Shown here piece by piece: positions 60,187 through 64,000 of a stretch of DNA of 64,000 nucleotides. The stretch lies in contig CM059432.1 of NCBI GenBank assembly GCA_030390025.1, positions 46,564,001-46,628,000 of the forward strand, read 5' to 3'. A model generated the notes under the pieces. It did no database searches, was not told where the DNA came from, and worked only from the letters and a program-made list of their open reading frames with translations. Source of the stretch: Squalus acanthias (Eukaryota). Position numbers and translations under genes: made by a program. Every line of letters begins with the position of its first letter. Within the stretch, counting starts at the first letter, position 1.

Positions 60187-60680
60187 ACTGGATGAGTGCA
60201 GCTCCAACAATACTCAAGAAGCTCGACACCATCCAGGACAAAGCAGCCCGCTTGATTGGCACCCCATCTACCACCTTAAACATTCACTCGCTCCACCACT
60301 GGCGTATCGTGGCTGCAGTGTGTACCATCTACAAGATGCACTGCAGCAACTCGCCAAGGCTTCTTCAGCAGCACCTCCCAAACCCACGACCTCCACCAGC
60401 TAGAAGGACAAGGGCAGCAGGCACATGGGAACACCACCACCTCCAAGTTCCCCTCCAAGTCACACACCATCCTGACTTGGAAATGTATCACCGATCCTTC
60501 ATCGTCGCTGGGTCAAAATCCTGGAACTCCTTACATAACAGCGCTGTGGGAGTACTTTCACCACACAGTCTGCAGCGGTTCAAGGCGGCGGCTCACCACC
60601 ACCTTCTCAAGGGCAACTAGGGATGGGCAATAAATGTGGGCCTTGCCAGCGATGCCCACTTCCCGTGAATGAATAAACAA
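60187..60680 (+). mobile_element. Second CR1-group LINE family, 3' fragment
   Basis: ORF 60192-60620 is nearly identical to the C-terminal part of 19985-20500. Confidence 0.9.
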
Positions 60681-61311
60681 AAAAAAAGTTACTGTTGCTA
60701 CAAGTGCACACAATGTCCAGGTGCTGAGAGAACCGTGACCAGCAGGCTTTTCTCCAGCATGAAACCTTCTGCTGTCTGGGATGAAAGGATCTGTGCACCT
60801 TCTGAAAGATGCAGCCATGTTACAGTGGGCGATGCGAGGTACCTTGCTACAGGTGGCCTGTAAGAATTGTAGACTGTTCTTGTTATTTTTGGTGTCACTC
60901 ATTAGTGGCTTACTTGAATGCTGCATCTTCCAGTAGCAATCATTCTGTAAACTGGATACGTGAGATGTCGACAGGATTAACAGCTGAAACTTGCTAACTG
61001 TTTTTTGATGACATTCTGTGCCAAATAATTATTTTATATATGGGGAGAGATATTTGACACAGCAAAGCAACTTGCTGTATCTAATATATTGCAGCAGAAG
61101 GTATCACAAGTTTTCAGATGTCAATTCTAGGGCACTTGTTAGACTACAGCTGACTGCAAACACTGAATACTGAGTTCCATACCACTGTTGAAATCTCTAC
61201 CCAGCCGTCAAGAGTTGAAAAGTTCTGAATCTGGGAACAGCTGAACAGAAGCATTCCATCTGGGACACGTTGTTAATGCACTCAGGTACAAACCTGAAAT
61301 ACTGAAACTTC

Positions 61312-63099
61312 GACTGCAATTTCGCCAGCGGAGGCGGGATCGCGGCGGGAGAGGTGGTTGGTGGGTTCTGGTCCTGTTCTCGGCTGCAGCCGCTCTGTAA
61401 AAAGGATTTTCGGTTAATAGGGCTTGTTAAGCCTGCCCTGTGGGGTTCCCAGCCAATTAAAAGGAAGCAGGTCTGATGACGTCATTTGATGACACGTCAT
61501 CAGCCGGTTTCCTTAAAGGGACCAAGGCCGCATTCATTTTGACAGTTGTGCTGTCAGTGTTCTGCAGAATTGAGGTTCTGCAAACACTGACAAGCACTGC
61601 ACAAAGGTGCACGGCTGTACCCAGGCTCTCCCATGACTCCCTCCATATGCTTATGGAGTGATTCACAGCACGCAGGGAGGTTCTCTTCCCTTCCAAGGGC
61701 GGAAGAGACCGTCCCAGGACACCAACGCAGTCTGGTTGCACATTGCACAGGAGGGCAAAAGCAGGGATGTCGTCAGGAGGACCAGGCTGCAGTGGCACAA
61801 ACCTTTCAATGATCTCAGTAGATCACGAAATGTTACTGCAAAGCCACACTCAACCTCACCCTGCTGTGCCAATCATCACATCCCCATCACTCTGCCTTCC
61901 CTACCCTACTCCTGCACATCCTTACTCACATCAACTTACCTTGCACCACCACCCATCCCTCTCTATCTACATTATCACTTCCCCATCTCACTAACCACCC
62001 CTCACACTCACCCTCATCCTAGTGCAATCATACCAACTAACAACACACAAGGGTAGGCACTTGGGTGTTTTATGCAATGTTCATGTAAATTTTCTGTTAA
62101 TGTGTTGTCAAACATTAAAATCTTTAATTTCAACACTTTGCCTTATTGTACAGATCTGTGCTCACCTTTGGAAGTGTCTTAGTGAGTTGCAGTGAATGGT
62201 GAGACATAACGGTAACCCCTGCAATGGTGATGAGTGTGAAAGGAATGGCTTGAACATTGTAGGAATGCTTAATGGTGCTGGTGTGTGTTGGTGTTAACCT
62301 GGCGCATCATGTGGCAGCCAGGGTGTACAGCGTCAAGTGAAGTAATTCTGGCCATGGTGATGCCATCGCTGGCCTCCTGGGCAACAAAGTTATCGGGTGC
62401 TGATGACCTGTGTCCTGTGCAGCATCAGATGATTGCGGAGAAGGTTAGTATTGTTGTTGGTGATGTTGGTGTGCCTGGTGATGTTGGTGTTGGGGCTGAT
62501 CGTGGAGGGATTCAGAGGACCATGGTGAGATTTTTTCAAGGGCACCGATGTTGCTGGAATAGATGGCAGCTGAAGTTGAGATGACAGAAGCAAACTGTCA
62601 ATAGTGAGAGAGCTTGCTCCAAGGAGGTGACAGTGGATAGAGAGTTTCCTCCAAACACTTCCAAACTGCATACAGCTCAAAAGTGTCTTCCAAGTCCTGA
62701 AGGCTCAAGCTACTGACATTGAAAAGTGACCAGCTGTGAAATGGTAGCTTTCATACCACTTTTGCAGCTGTCGCCTATTCACAGCAATGGGAAGACATAG
62801 AGAACCCGACCTACTTACCTGATGTGATCTCCGAACGACGTGAATCCCATTAAAAATGTGGTAAAATAGAAAAAGGCTGACAAAATAGTAGTAAACAAGC
62901 ACTTAACATGCAGTTAAGTATCTTAAATGCCTCCCCTGCCGCTTGGTGTCGGGTCTGTTCTGAAATCGCAGTTCTAACACTTTGGAAACTTACATGGAGG
63001 CAGGTTCGCAGCGGGCTCCCAACCCGCTGTCAATCATTTTGATTTTGACAGCGGACCCGCCTCCGAACCCGCACTCTGAGCGCCGGCAAAATTCAGCCC
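61312..63099 (+). mobile_element. Non-autonomous Harbinger element with Myb/SANT remnant
   Basis: Termini GACTGCAATTTCGCC / GGCAAAATTCAGCCC; AVPRLSHDSLHMLME...QWHKPFNDLSRS; inverted homolog of 26632-28485; no clean TSD. Confidence 0.85.
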
Positions 63100-63280
63100 G
63101 ACATGTCCATCTGAGAGAAAAGAAAGGGCCTTGATTTAACATGTGATCTGAAAGACAGTACCTCCGATATGCAGCACTCCCTCAGTACTGCACTGAAGTA
63201 TTAGCCTAGATTGCATGTTTAATCTTTGGAGTGGGGCTTGACCCAGAGGCAAGAATGCGGCCACAGAGCCACGGCTGACA
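63100..63280 (-). mobile_element. SacSINE1/Deu-like SINE 5' fragment
   Basis: GCAGCACTCCCTCAGTACTGCACTGAAG...GAGCCACGGCTGACA, homologous to 55380-55565. Confidence 0.75.
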
Positions 63281-63617
63281 TTTCAGCTCTTCTGTCCATG
63301 CCTGGATCAAGGCAGTGATGCTTCATCCCTAATGCACTAAAATCTCATTTATACATTTGCCAATGAAATTCTGTTGTTTTTTTCCCTATATCCCATTGTA
63401 ACGGCAGGAGGAGACTGGTAGAGCCCCCCAGAGAAACTGGATAAATGGCTGAACATGGCCCTTTACATAGTTTCTCTGGGCTTCTGCCAGTCTTCCACTG
63501 AAGTTATGGTGGGTGACCGGAAGCACTCCCACAGAACTCCCAGGCCATTGTTTCCAAACCAGGATACACATCTTGTAAACCAATTTTTCTGAATTACACT
63601 GCCACATTAAGGTAAAA

Positions 63618-63764
63618 GGGTTAAATTTCTATAGGGGTTCTTCCAATCATCTGCTGTACCTTCAGCGGAAGGTCCACGGGAATGGAGTCCCTCTGGGGTT
63701 TCCATGGATCTTCTGCCGAAGATCTGGCAGACAATCGGGACAATCCCTGCAGAAATTTAAACCC
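63618..63764. mobile_element. 147-bp palindromic Harbinger-type MITE
   Basis: TIRs GGGTTAAATTTCT / AGAAATTTAAACCC; TSD AAA; internal arms CTTCAGCGGAAGGTCCACGG / CCATGGATCTTCTGCCGAAG. Confidence 0.78.
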
Positions 63765-64000
63765 AAAGAGTATTACTGGTGCCAATTATGGGGTAAGTTG
63801 CACTCGTGCTCTAATGTGCCCTATTCATGCTGCACTAAATAAATTCCATGTGCCAATTAGAAGTGTTTCAGAAAATACATCTGAGAGTTCTGGCCTAATC
63901 AGTGAGACAACTGCTCCCACAGTCTGGTTAAAATCAGTGAAGCAAGGGATCTGCAGTTTCTGTATAATTCTTTTCACATTATTTCAAGATTGCAGTCTGT

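Noticed and set aside
60690..60860. Possible minus-strand exon after a TTCTTACAG acceptor
   Set aside because: Two frames are open but neither peptide is recognisable and there is no clear donor.
1..64000. CRISPR array, operon or prokaryotic defence system
   Set aside because: No regularly spaced repeats and no dense gene packing; the RTs are all degenerate vertebrate non-LTR elements.

Overview
Eukaryotic, repeat-dominated genomic DNA, most likely from a shark or other cartilaginous fish (inferred from HE1/V-SINE, SacSINE1/Deu-SINE-like and HER1/CR1 repeats recognised by eye). I found no convincing host protein-coding exon, so the window looks like a large intron or intergenic tract; most ORF-track entries are transposon fragments or their antisense shadows. 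Contents: (1) many CR1 LINE copies, including a near-full-length one at 14733-19560 with a zinc-finger/SGNH-esterase ORF1 and an APE-RT ORF2, plus L2 LINE pieces; (2) several SINE families, including an LF-SINE-like copy; (3) Penelope-type remnants carrying decayed hammerhead-ribozyme cores; (4) two solo LTRs (1654 bp and 229 bp); (5) a rich PIF/Harbinger assemblage: one complete but inactivated 4.3-kb element at 46436-50738 (3-exon Myb/SANT gene convergent with a DDE transposase) and more than ten non-autonomous or MITE derivatives with related termini and variable 3-bp target duplications. Nested insertions give a readable relative chronology. I see no clearly new biological system. The best leads are the reconstructable Harbinger family, the long solo LTR, the hammerhead remnants and an unexplained 105-bp inverted duplication. 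Family names come from recalled consensus features, not database searches.
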